A stretch of DNA of 64,000 bases. Origin: a virus (Duplodnaviria; Caudoviricetes). Under the pieces are notes generated by a model that was not told the origin of the DNA, searched no databases, and worked only from the letters and a program-made list of their open reading frames with translations. Positions 17,386-26,509 of the stretch are shown here, one piece after another (positions within the stretch are counted from its first letter, which is position 1; each line of letters opens with the position of its first letter). The stretch spans positions 64,001-128,000 of IMG/VR virus record IMGVR_UViG_3300020576_002947; one strand, given 5' to 3'. The translations under genes and the position numbers were made by a program.

Positions 17386-19204
17386 ATGGATTAAAGATTT
17401 ATTTATTAAACCAGAAGGTAATAATCCTCCTGAAATAGCACCACCTAGGCCATTACCAACTAACACTTCAGGTGTTGTTAGTGTTGATCTTCCTAATACT
17501 GAACCTCCACGATCTAGTTCTCCTCCACCTAAGGTTCCTAAAGTAACCTATCCAGAATCTGATTACAAAGACTGGAGTAGAGATGTTGTTAAGGTTGAGA
17601 AAGATAGGCCTTTGCTCATTCCAAATGATCTTGATTCAAGAGATAAGATATTTGAAGACTTCTATCAGACGTTAAGAGAGCACCAGAAAGATGCGTATCA
17701 CTCTCAACATACTGAAGACATTGGTCAATTAATACTTCCTACAGGTACTGGAAAGACAAAAGTACAGATAGCAATTCATGTAGACCAGATGATCGATAAT
17801 GAGCTTTATTATGATCCTCCTACAGTACATGTCATTGCAGCTCATAGACTAGTACTTTGTGCTCAGCTCTTAAATGAGTTAGTAGATCTAGCTGTTAAGT
17901 GTAGACTTGCTTTCAATATTCTTCTTGTTGGAAGTGACAGGGTAGATGAGTCAGAGTTTCATAAGAAGTTCTATGGACATAAGCTAGACAAATCAAATCT
18001 AGAAGCAATCTCAAGTACTTCTACAGAAGACATCAAATCATTTGTTGAGAAGAGTAAAGAACAAGGAAGAAACGTTATATGCGTAAGCACATACCATTCT
18101 TTCCATAAGCTTAAGGATGTAAAAGTTGACTTAGCTACATTTGATGAAGCTCATGTTCTTGTCAACTCTTCTGATAACTTTCTATCTAATATAGCTGAAG
18201 TTAACATAACTCGTAAGTTCTTCTTTACAGCAACTCGTAAAGTAATTAACGAAGAGTTTGGGATGAATGATGAAAGAATCTTTGGTCCCGTGCTTTATGA
18301 AGTCTCCCCTAGAGAGATGATCGATAAGGGAGAAATCGTTGCTCCAAAACTTCATATCATTCGACCTCTTGGGGAAGGTGATTGGAATAACGATTCTATG
18401 CTTGTTAAAAGCATTACTGATGGCTTTACACAGCATACGGCATTTGTAAAAAAGTATTCATATGACCCTTCTCTAATAGGTCCTAAACTGCTAGTAACTA
18501 CTACAGGTGCTAAGGAGTTAATGGAGATCGTTAAGTCAGAAGTATTTAGTGATTACTGCTATAAGAACAGTATCTGGGTGCTAGGCTTTAGTTCAACAGC
18601 AGGTTACTACTTACAAGTACCTGGTGATAAAAAAGTTAGATCAGTAAGCAGACAGGAATTAACAACAGTAATGAATACACTTCGTCCATTAGATGAAGCA
18701 ATCTTACTTCATATTGATATACTGACTGAAGGTATTGACCTTCCTGGAATCACAGGTGTTATGCCTTTTAGGGAACTTAACAAAACCAAGCTTCTTCAAA
18801 CTATAGGCAGAGCTGCTAGATTAGTTCCTGCAGACCGAGAACGATTGTATAGAAATACGATTGGCCCAAAAGAGCTTTCTTATTTCGTAAAACCTTATTC
18901 ATGGATTCTTATACCAGAATTCTTTAGAAGTTTGGGTAATAGCGAACAGATGATTAGTACTCTTACTACCATCTTTAATAGCTATGCCGTTCCAGTAGAA
19001 GAGTATATTGTTCCAGATAGGTTCTTAGCAAATAAGATACCTGACTTGGATAACATTACTAGTCTAGAAGACCTACGAAAGAAACTAAGTGAGTGTGATC
19101 TAGATCATACTATACAGAGTATCTTAATGGACGCTCTTGAAACAGCTTTTCATAACGAAGAGTTCCAAGACGTACTGGAGAAGTTTATACATGAGCAGCC
19201 TTAA
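17378..19204 (+). CDS. superfamily 2 helicase/translocase (Res III / Type ISP-like)
   Basis: LREHQ Q-motif, LPTGTGKT, STYHS, FDEAH, FTAT, LTEGIDLP, QTIGRAAR. Pro-rich N-terminal extension. Confidence 0.88.
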   Translation: MFKWIKDLFIKPEGNNPPEIAPPRPLPTNTSGVVSVDLPNTEPPRSSSPPPKVPKVTYPESDYKDWSRDVVKVEKDRPLLIPNDLDSRDKIFEDFYQTLREHQKDAYHSQHTEDIGQLILPTGTGKTKVQIAIHVDQMIDNELYYDPPTVHVIAAHRLVLCAQLLNELVDLAVKCRLAFNILLVGSDRVDESEFHKKFYGHKLDKSNLEAISSTSTEDIKSFVEKSKEQGRNVICVSTYHSFHKLKDVKVDLATFDEAHVLVNSSDNFLSNIAEVNITRKFFFTATRKVINEEFGMNDERIFGPVLYEVSPREMIDKGEIVAPKLHIIRPLGEGDWNNDSMLVKSITDGFTQHTAFVKKYSYDPSLIGPKLLVTTTGAKELMEIVKSEVFSDYCYKNSIWVLGFSSTAGYYLQVPGDKKVRSVSRQELTTVMNTLRPLDEAILLHIDILTEGIDLPGITGVMPFRELNKTKLLQTIGRAARLVPADRERLYRNTIGPKELSYFVKPYSWILIPEFFRSLGNSEQMISTLTTIFNSYAVPVEEYIVPDRFLANKIPDLDNITSLEDLRKKLSECDLDHTIQSILMDALETAFHNEEFQDVLEKFIHEQP

Positions 19205-19796
19205 GTGCTCAATGATATTTAGTTATCCTCAATATTACCTGGATTTATACACAGGCAATATATCTTCTTTTAGACAATGGTTAAATGAAATCCATAGAGT
19301 CTCAGACAAGATAGTGGATGAAGATGAAAGGTTAAAGTTTAGAGGAGATAATCTAGAAATATTCTCTGAAATGTTCTTTAACCTTTTTCAGAATCATCCT
19401 GCTTTTGGTGTAAGAGATTATACTCCTGTTAAGATCGAAAATGATTATGGTGTTGATGCTACTGGTGTTAACGTAAATGGTCATAAGTGTGCAATTCAGG
19501 TTAAGTATAGATCTAATCCAGAAGACAAAATCTCTTATGCTGATATAGCTAGAACATTTACTAGCGGAGTATTACAACTAGGTTTAATCGATCTAGTTGA
19601 TCATGATCATACAGTCTATCTATTTACAAATACAAATGAGGTAACATCTGCATTTACTAAAGTTCTTGGTAATAAAGCAGTACTAATTACCAAAGATAAA
19701 ATTGAATATTTAGTAGATGGTAATAAAGGTTTTTGGGATGGAACGCATGAGTTAATACTCAATACCTTAGATAATACAAAAAAAGGTAATCTTTAA
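19191..19796 (+). CDS. Mrr-like PD-(D/E)xK restriction endonuclease
   Basis: GDNLE...DYGVDA...AIQVKY, the E...D...QxK Mrr catalytic pattern. Overlaps the helicase stop. Confidence 0.75.
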   Translation: MSSLKCSMIFSYPQYYLDLYTGNISSFRQWLNEIHRVSDKIVDEDERLKFRGDNLEIFSEMFFNLFQNHPAFGVRDYTPVKIENDYGVDATGVNVNGHKCAIQVKYRSNPEDKISYADIARTFTSGVLQLGLIDLVDHDHTVYLFTNTNEVTSAFTKVLGNKAVLITKDKIEYLVDGNKGFWDGTHELILNTLDNTKKGNL

Positions 19797-19798
19797 TT

Positions 19799-20098
19799 AT
19801 GAAAGAATTAGAATATAGTCACGACCGATCTGACCCTACCAAACATGCATTAGATATTGCACTTCACTACGCTGGTATTGATGGTGGCATGCATAAGATG
19901 TGGGTTATAGATCAAATGATTCGTGCCCTTACTAACTGTCCTCTTGTCACAAAGGTCGGTTGGAATAAAGAATATACTTATGAAGCCTTAGGAGAATCTG
20001 ATGAGTACAAGAACTGGGTAAGAACCTATGAGTACGAAGATACTGAGGATGAATCCTGCGAGAAAACATATGAGTGGGATATTGGAACAGCTCCATAA
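19799..20098 (+). CDS. conserved phage hypothetical protein
   Basis: YAGIDGGMHKMWVIDQMIRAL...YEWDIGTAP. Confidence 0.7.
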   Translation: MKELEYSHDRSDPTKHALDIALHYAGIDGGMHKMWVIDQMIRALTNCPLVTKVGWNKEYTYEALGESDEYKNWVRTYEYEDTEDESCEKTYEWDIGTAP

Positions 20099-20106
20099 GA
20101 GGATTA

Positions 20107-20355
20107 ATGAATAACGAACTAATATTAGGTTGTTTGATAGGTTTAGGTATCTCAGCTCTTGCTACTCTATTCTTTTTTTCTTTAAGTAGTAAAAAGTCTC
20201 CTCCAGGACCTAAACCCGAAGACTTATATACAGCCAAAAAGAATTTTAATTATAATCCAACTTACTTATACCAAAAGATAATCTTTAGTAAGTGTGGAGT
20301 ACCTTACTATGTTTTAGGTGTTGGAGATAACGGGATTAGAGTAACACGATCCTAA
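20107..20355 (+). CDS. small membrane protein
   Basis: TM helix LILGCLIGLGISALATLFFF. Confidence 0.6.
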   Translation: MNNELILGCLIGLGISALATLFFFSLSSKKSPPGPKPEDLYTAKKNFNYNPTYLYQKIIFSKCGVPYYVLGVGDNGIRVTRS

Positions 20356-20358
20356 CGA

Positions 20359-20724
20359 ATGAAAATTTACTACGCCCATCCTATAAATACATATGGAACT
20401 GATCTTGAAAAGAAAGATCTAGATACCTTATCAAAACTAGGCTTTACTATTCTTAATCCTAATGAACTAATTCATCAAGAAGGTTATCAAGAAAGGAAGA
20501 AACAGAATCCTGATAATCCTATGAGTTACTTTATAGAATTGGTAGAGAGTTGTGAAGCATTTGCTTTCAGAACCTTTCCTGACAATACAATAGGAGCTGG
20601 TGTTGGTATTGAAATGGAGCGTGCTAATGAGCTCGGGCTTCCTATTATTCAATTACCTTCCCCAGAACCGGTAGTACTATCAGTAGAACAGACAAGAGTA
20701 ATTTTAAAATTACTAAAAAGATAA
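20359..20724 (+). CDS. nucleoside 2-deoxyribosyltransferase-like protein
   Basis: KIYYAHP, ILNP, GAGVGIEMERA (catalytic Glu position), GLPI. Confidence 0.7.
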   Translation: MKIYYAHPINTYGTDLEKKDLDTLSKLGFTILNPNELIHQEGYQERKKQNPDNPMSYFIELVESCEAFAFRTFPDNTIGAGVGIEMERANELGLPIIQLPSPEPVVLSVEQTRVILKLLKR

Positions 20725-20747
20725 TATTTATTTAATAAAATTTTTAC

Positions 20748-21212
20748 TTGGTTAGTAGCATGAATCAGTGGGTTGAAGAAGGTAACGATAAACTATTAGA
20801 ATCTATTGGATTTTCTTATGTAAAGAACGAAGATGTTTATTACAAGATAGTTCCTATTTATGGAAATCATTATTTGTTTATACAAGTTGAAAAACACTTG
20901 GACGAGTTTATAGTTGACACTGAATGTCATATCTTTAAAGAAGCAGGGTTACCTACTTTCAATGACTTAATTGATAAGCTTTCTATTGCAACAATCGTTG
21001 ATGCTGATTGGGATGGTTATTATAGTGATGTTGAATCAATAGTGGAAACACTAAAAGAAACGGTCATTCCTTTAAAACTAGGAAGAATGATTTATCTGTA
21101 TAGAGCAACTGATAATGATCCTGTAATAGATGACTTTGTTATTTGTGATACAGACATCTTGATTGTAGATCAGGAAAGTCCTATTGATGAAATCGAGATC
21201 AGGTTAGTATGA
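20748..21212 (+). CDS. acidic hypothetical protein
   Basis: ORF track. Confidence 0.65.
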   Translation: MVSSMNQWVEEGNDKLLESIGFSYVKNEDVYYKIVPIYGNHYLFIQVEKHLDEFIVDTECHIFKEAGLPTFNDLIDKLSIATIVDADWDGYYSDVESIVETLKETVIPLKLGRMIYLYRATDNDPVIDDFVICDTDILIVDQESPIDEIEIRLV

Positions 21213-21718
21213 CAAAAGAAGAAAAAGAACTAATTAATTTAAATAATCGTAAAAAGGAACTTGAGGAGATTATTGCAAGGAAGCAGAAAAGCAGCGTTGA
21301 TACTGTTCTTCCTAACCTAAAGCAACTTCACAGCGGCTGGAAATTAGATGAAGATAGAACTGATGGGGATGATGTCGCTTGGAATCTTATGCTTCATGTC
21401 GATAGCAACGAAGTCCCTGAAATCTATCAAGATGTAGAAGTTTTTGTTATTTTTAGCTTAGTCTATGGTTCATTTTCAGCAGGTATTTGTGATCAAGATG
21501 GAGAAGATATTACTAGTAAAGATGATATCTGTAGTTTAACAGAGGTAATTGACTATCTTGCTAATCTTGAAATACCTTATTGTGTAACTACTATGATTGC
21601 TTCTAGTACTTATGCTATAGATGAAATCGATCTTAGTGACTATAGTGTTAAACTTTTAAGTCGAAATTCAGTAGAAAAGTATTTTAGAATTTTTAACAAT
21701 TCTGTGGTTGCTATCTAA
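21209..21718 (+). CDS. acidic hypothetical protein with N-terminal coiled coil
   Basis: ATGA-coupled. N-terminus similar to 12499 and 24771. Confidence 0.7.
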   Translation: MTKEEKELINLNNRKKELEEIIARKQKSSVDTVLPNLKQLHSGWKLDEDRTDGDDVAWNLMLHVDSNEVPEIYQDVEVFVIFSLVYGSFSAGICDQDGEDITSKDDICSLTEVIDYLANLEIPYCVTTMIASSTYAIDEIDLSDYSVKLLSRNSVEKYFRIFNNSVVAI

Positions 21719-21957
21719 TGAAACCTTTTCATATTCAACTGTTTGATTCTCTGGATAAGAGATATGTAGGTCCTGTATACGTAGTATATAGTACCGATCC
21801 TGATTCTACTAAGGACTCTTTTACTGCAGACTGGGAGAGATCCTTATCGTTTGTAGTAAAAGAGCACCCAGAAGATTGGTCAATTCCTGATATCATTATA
21901 AATCTTCCTAGGTATTGGGTACTTGAGGAATTAGAAATTACAGAGATTAAATTCTAA
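21718..21957 (+). CDS. hypothetical protein
   Basis: TAATG-coupled. Confidence 0.6.
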   Translation: MKPFHIQLFDSLDKRYVGPVYVVYSTDPDSTKDSFTADWERSLSFVVKEHPEDWSIPDIIINLPRYWVLEELEITEIKF

Positions 21958-22367
21958 TGGCTTTAAAAACTAAGTATGAAACATCTTTTATAGTTATGCC
22001 GACAATGTGCAACTTTAGATTTCCACAAATCTTTGGTGGTGCATTCATGTCAAAACTAGATCTCTGTGCAGCTGCTACTTGTAGTCAATTGCTACAGTTT
22101 TCTAACTCGCCATGTGACAATGCAGTAACCTATAAAGTTCTTGATTTAACCTTTTTCAAAAGTGCTAGTCTAGGAGACTTAATCTTTCTAGAAGGAACTG
22201 TAGTAGAACTAAGAAATAACAGTATTACTGTAAATGTTAAAGCTTATAAACAGGACAGGCTACAAAAGTATCCTGAACCTATTTTGTGTGCAGAAGCTAC
22301 CTTTGTTTTTGTTACACTTAAAGATTCTAACTATACTTCACACGGACTGAAATTAAATGATTTTTAG
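21957..22367 (+). CDS. hotdog-fold acyl-CoA thioesterase (YciA-like)
   Basis: VMPTMCN...IFGGAFMSKLDLCAA...AVT...F.K..SLGDLI...ATFVFV. Confidence 0.85.
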   Translation: MALKTKYETSFIVMPTMCNFRFPQIFGGAFMSKLDLCAAATCSQLLQFSNSPCDNAVTYKVLDLTFFKSASLGDLIFLEGTVVELRNNSITVNVKAYKQDRLQKYPEPILCAEATFVFVTLKDSNYTSHGLKLNDF

Positions 22368-22770
22368 CGACCCAGTTATACCTACCCTTGTTATATTGCT
22401 TGTATATATTGCAGGTATGCTTGTTGGATGGATCTCAAAAGACCAGTTCATAGCAAAACCTACTGCAGTAGAGACAATAGTACAAGAGCGTAAACCAGTA
22501 CAAATTCGTACTTCTTTGTTAGGCTTTCCTTTTAAGATCTACTACGAAATTTATCTTCATAAAGATAAAGATGAGTCTTTTCATATTATAGATTTCTTTG
22601 TTGACGAAGAGACTGATGATCCTATGTACTCTGTAGGAATGCCAAACATTACTGAAGGTAGTAACATGGATCAAGATCTTGCTATCTTAATTGAAACACT
22701 TACAATTATTAATGAAGACTCTACAAAGACAGTATCGCCTGTTCTAACTATAGCAGAAGTAGATAAATGA
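22357..22770 (+). CDS. membrane-anchored hypothetical protein
   Basis: N-terminal TM helix. Confidence 0.65.
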   Translation: MIFSDPVIPTLVILLVYIAGMLVGWISKDQFIAKPTAVETIVQERKPVQIRTSLLGFPFKIYYEIYLHKDKDESFHIIDFFVDEETDDPMYSVGMPNITEGSNMDQDLAILIETLTIINEDSTKTVSPVLTIAEVDK

Positions 22771-23039
22771 AAATTACTAATAAAATTATTTTTCGTGGTA
22801 TCTGGGACACTCACACTGATACCTATTTCACAGGTACTTGTACTTTAAATGGTGCAAGTAGTTACTTGTATGACTGTCCTATCGAAGAACAGTATGATCT
22901 AAGAGATCTTCTTAATAGAGGACCAGTAACAATAGAGTTTATTGAATGTCAACTTACAGCCGAAGACGCTATAAAAGAATACTCTGATGAAACAGATGAG
23001 ATGACTGAGTGGTGTGGCAAAGAGGAAGATGATGAATGA
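22767..23039 (+). CDS. hypothetical protein
   Basis: ATGA-coupled. Confidence 0.6.
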   Translation: MKITNKIIFRGIWDTHTDTYFTGTCTLNGASSYLYDCPIEEQYDLRDLLNRGPVTIEFIECQLTAEDAIKEYSDETDEMTEWCGKEEDDE

Positions 23040-23169
23040 GTACTATTATGATGATGACTATTATGAATACTCTCGTGCAGAAGCGGAATACTATTCTTAT
23101 CTAGAACAAGAGTATGATGAGTATTGTAGAAGACTTCTTAGTGGTGAAGAGATTTTGGTGATGATATGA
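23032..23169 (+). CDS. 45-aa Tyr/acidic protein ending EILVMI (not in the ORF track)
   Basis: Manual translation: MNEYYYDDDYYEYSRAEAEYYSYLEQEYDEYCRRLLSGEEILVMI. Fills the gap, with overlaps at both ends. Confidence 0.7.
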   Translation: MNEYYYDDDYYEYSRAEAEYYSYLEQEYDEYCRRLLSGEEILVMI

Positions 23170-23501
23170 TTTGGACATCAAAGCTTATATTAGATTACGA
23201 AATTGATACTTTAGAAGTCAATGGAGATATTTGTTCTTTATACGATTTAGATGATAACATAGTTTATTTTACTTTGAGGTCTAAACAACTTATTAGACTT
23301 TCTAGATGGGAATCACACACTGAATTCGTTATTGAATCAGAAGGAAAATTCTATAGGTTTATGGTCTCTAACGGTTTAACCGAGAATGAAGATTGTGATC
23401 CAAAGGTTTATAACATTGAAGAAGTCTTTCCAGCTGAAGTTCTAGTAACTAGATACTTTAACACTGAAGAGTTATCTGTCTTAAATGGAGATGTAGAATA
23501 A
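23166..23501 (+). CDS. hypothetical protein
   Basis: ATGA-coupled. Confidence 0.65.
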   Translation: MIWTSKLILDYEIDTLEVNGDICSLYDLDDNIVYFTLRSKQLIRLSRWESHTEFVIESEGKFYRFMVSNGLTENEDCDPKVYNIEEVFPAEVLVTRYFNTEELSVLNGDVE

Positions 23502-23734
23502 TGGAAGCACCTAATACCTTCTTAGGAAAAGATCTAGCTGATTATCTTGAAGAAGCTCCTCAATTTATAATAATTAACAAGCTACGGAATAAGAATATGT
23601 ATATTCCTTATGTTAAGGAAAAGTATATTTTATATTCTATAATGGATATGAAGACTACCCTTACTACATGGTCTACTACTCAATTAAGGTGTAAACTGAT
23701 GGATGAGAAACCTGAGCTGTTGGTAATGATATGA
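23501..23734 (+). CDS. hypothetical protein ending ELLVMI
   Basis: TAATG-coupled. Confidence 0.65.
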   Translation: MEAPNTFLGKDLADYLEEAPQFIIINKLRNKNMYIPYVKEKYILYSIMDMKTTLTTWSTTQLRCKLMDEKPELLVMI

Positions 23735-23916
23735 ATCCTAATCTTTGGAATCGTTATGATATTACTGATGTCACCATTGATAGTGATGGTGACATACAAA
23801 ATGGTCTCTTATGGTATGCAAAAATGTTTACAACTATGAGTAGCGAACCTTACCATTATTTATATAAAGATTTTAGACCAAAAGATAAGGAAGAGGAGTT
23901 ACTGGTAATGATATGA
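23731..23916 (+). CDS. hypothetical protein ending ELLVMI
   Basis: ATGA-coupled. Confidence 0.65.
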   Translation: MNPNLWNRYDITDVTIDSDGDIQNGLLWYAKMFTTMSSEPYHYLYKDFRPKDKEEELLVMI

Positions 23917-24185
23917 GTACGTACGAAGAAGATCTTAAGTCTATTCAGATGTACACAATAAATCCAATACTAAAGTCTCTTTGTGAAGAGATCCTATCAC
24001 CAAAGCTCTCTAATTGCCTCTCAGAGGCTCAGAGAGACGTTGCGCGTATATTCCTTGGTGATAGGCCCCTTACAGCTGAAATGGTTGGATTAAGGTCAGA
24101 AGATCTATTAAATAAATTTAGAAAGCAGGAAGCAAAATCTTATTGGAAAGAAGTTAGAGAAAAAGAGTTCTATGAACAAGAGTAA
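23913..24185 (+). CDS. hypothetical protein
   Basis: ATGA-coupled. Confidence 0.6.
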   Translation: MSTYEEDLKSIQMYTINPILKSLCEEILSPKLSNCLSEAQRDVARIFLGDRPLTAEMVGLRSEDLLNKFRKQEAKSYWKEVREKEFYEQE

Positions 24186-24774
24186 TATTTTTATAGATTT
24201 TGAAACTACTGGTGTTAATCCTGATCAAGATCAGGTTATCCAGATGTCAGCTTTAAAAGTTGAGAATGGTAATAGGTTTCTATTTAATAAGTACCTAGTT
24301 CCTACAGTACCAATACATCCAATGGCTAGTAAGGCCAATGGTTTAACATTAGAGATGCTGAAGAAGATAGGCTCTAAGAGCACTATCTTAGCATGGGCTG
24401 AGTTTTTTGATTTCATTAGTTACGGTGATAAGATCATAGGTCATAATATCATAGCTTTTGATAATAAGTTTGCTGCTAAGGCAGCTTCTACACATCATCT
24501 ACTTTCTCCTATTCTAGATCATAAGATCATTGATACGGCTATGATTTGTAAAGGTAAAAACCTTGGCATATACCAACAAGAATGGGAAAGCCATGTGGAT
24601 TATTGTGCTAGAGTTCATAGTATAAGGGCTTGGGGTGTTAAGTACAACCTTGCTTACGAATGTTTTAAAAGAAAGATAGATACAACTAGATTTCATTTGC
24701 ACTCATCAGAACAAGATGTTCGTGTTAATGAATTACTTTATAACTGCTTGGTAAATGAAGGTCTTATTATATGA
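24172..24774 (+). CDS. DEDDh 3'-5' exonuclease (DnaQ/epsilon-like)
   Basis: IDFETTG (ExoI), GHNIIAFD (ExoII), HSSEQDV (ExoIII). Confidence 0.88.
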   Translation: MNKSNIFIDFETTGVNPDQDQVIQMSALKVENGNRFLFNKYLVPTVPIHPMASKANGLTLEMLKKIGSKSTILAWAEFFDFISYGDKIIGHNIIAFDNKFAAKAASTHHLLSPILDHKIIDTAMICKGKNLGIYQQEWESHVDYCARVHSIRAWGVKYNLAYECFKRKIDTTRFHLHSSEQDVRVNELLYNCLVNEGLII

Positions 24775-25277
24775 ACAAAGAACAACAAATCGAAGAACTA
24801 AAGCGTAGAAAAGAATTTATAGATCAAGAGTTAGTCAGACTATCCTCAGAGTCTAATGATCTAGAAGGTAAACTAAAAAGTCTTAATTTTATTTGTTTTA
24901 ATAATGGTTTTTGGGTTAGAACTGATAGGATGGGGAAGATCGAAGAAAAGTGGGGATTCACTATTGATTCAAAAGACCCTACTTATAGTCTTTCTTATAT
25001 TGAGCCTGCTGAATCATTTCTTATCTACCAAACAAGTGCTTTAGATAAAGCTTGCGAGATACTAGACATGTACTTTAAGGATCGAAAGCCTTATACATTT
25101 AAGTTTACTGGAGAAGTCTCAGTAATAACAAAAGCTGACGCTGAGACAACTAAGAAGTTTCTTACTAAGTCATTACAGGAGTTAACAGAAGATATAGGAA
25201 TGTCTTTTAGGGCAGATGTATCTGAACCTGTGTTTTATGTTAAGGACATCAAAGTAGATCAGGATATTCTACCATGA
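24771..25277 (+). CDS. hypothetical protein with N-terminal coiled coil
   Basis: MNKEQQIEELKRRKEFIDQEL. Confidence 0.7.
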   Translation: MNKEQQIEELKRRKEFIDQELVRLSSESNDLEGKLKSLNFICFNNGFWVRTDRMGKIEEKWGFTIDSKDPTYSLSYIEPAESFLIYQTSALDKACEILDMYFKDRKPYTFKFTGEVSVITKADAETTKKFLTKSLQELTEDIGMSFRADVSEPVFYVKDIKVDQDILP

Positions 25278-25576
25278 TTACGATCAAAGCATCACAATTC
25301 TATGCTTCTCTTCAAAGATATGTTTTTATTCCTTTAGATTGTGAGATGGACCCTAAGACAAGACTTCCTGTAGATACAAGTACTATAGTCATTATGGACA
25401 TCGATGATGTCTTAACTGTTGGTACTCCTATGGTTGATGACGAAGAACTAGTCCTACATGCTGTACTAGAACCTGATGAACTTCTTCCATTTGAGCTAGA
25501 CAGGGATAGGGATGACGATGAAGATACTAAGATTACAGAATGGTTTGAAGATCCAATAGATGACGACGATGAATAA
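25274..25576 (+). CDS. acidic hypothetical protein
   Basis: ATGA-coupled. Confidence 0.65.
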   Translation: MITIKASQFYASLQRYVFIPLDCEMDPKTRLPVDTSTIVIMDIDDVLTVGTPMVDDEELVLHAVLEPDELLPFELDRDRDDDEDTKITEWFEDPIDDDDE

Positions 25577-25654
25577 CAACATCAAAGTATCAAATTAGGG
25601 TTTTGAAAGGAGTTTAATAGTTATGTCAAATAAAAGTAAAATCAAAATATCAAC

Positions 25655-26110
25655 ATGACTAAAGTCATAAGTCTAAGTAACATTAGCCCTTTAAGCTACG
25701 CGTTTTCTATGCTTCCTAAAAATATACAGGAAAGGGCTTTATCAGATATAGTCTTAGCTGGAAACGCTTCTTGGGTTCATAACTACGACTCCTTTAGATA
25801 TCAAGATATTAATTATGATTACACTGATAATCCTCATGTAGCTTATACTTATCATTCTTTTGACAAGCAAACAACTCTTTTCTTACCAAAACAAGAAATG
25901 ACTGTTGATGTATGCATACATGAATTAGCTCATGTGATCCATGAATCTTTATGGTTTGAGGACTTTGATCTTGATCCATGTACCGAATATGCAGAACATG
26001 ATTACTATGAGTGTTTTGCTGAGGCTTTTACTGCTTACTTCTTTCCTAATTACGGGAATCTATCTAAACACTCTTACCAGACAATAGAACACATTTTACG
26101 AACATCATGA
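25655..26110 (+). CDS. zincin-like metallopeptidase
   Basis: HELAH...TEYA....ECFAEAF (HExxH plus downstream Glu). Confidence 0.75.
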   Translation: MTKVISLSNISPLSYAFSMLPKNIQERALSDIVLAGNASWVHNYDSFRYQDINYDYTDNPHVAYTYHSFDKQTTLFLPKQEMTVDVCIHELAHVIHESLWFEDFDLDPCTEYAEHDYYECFAEAFTAYFFPNYGNLSKHSYQTIEHILRTS

Positions 26111-26508
26111 AACCATCTCTTTCTCAATTAGACGAGTATAGACTTAAATTACAACTAGATAATATCTATTCTTCTGTAGCTGAATATGCTATTCAACATT
26201 ATGGTAGTAAACCTGAGTATGTTGCATGGGATACTGATTATGATGGGGAATACAACTATGTTTGTGACTTTTACATCCTTCTAGAAAATGGAGAAAAGAT
26301 TACCTTCAGAGCTGAGTATTCAGAAGATTCTAAAAAGACTGAATGGGATCTTGATGAAATGGATGAACGTATGGGTGAGGCTTATCAAGATTGGTTCTAC
26401 GAAATAAAGGATTATATGGAAACAGATTGTTCAAACTGTTTGTACCCTTTTAGATCAAGTCTTGAATTTGACTTGATCGTTGTATCTGCTGCTTCGGTGT
26501 GTATTTAA
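26107..26508 (+). CDS. acidic hypothetical protein
   Basis: ATGA-coupled. Confidence 0.65.
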   Translation: MKPSLSQLDEYRLKLQLDNIYSSVAEYAIQHYGSKPEYVAWDTDYDGEYNYVCDFYILLENGEKITFRAEYSEDSKKTEWDLDEMDERMGEAYQDWFYEIKDYMETDCSNCLYPFRSSLEFDLIVVSAASVCI

Positions 26509-26509
26509 T

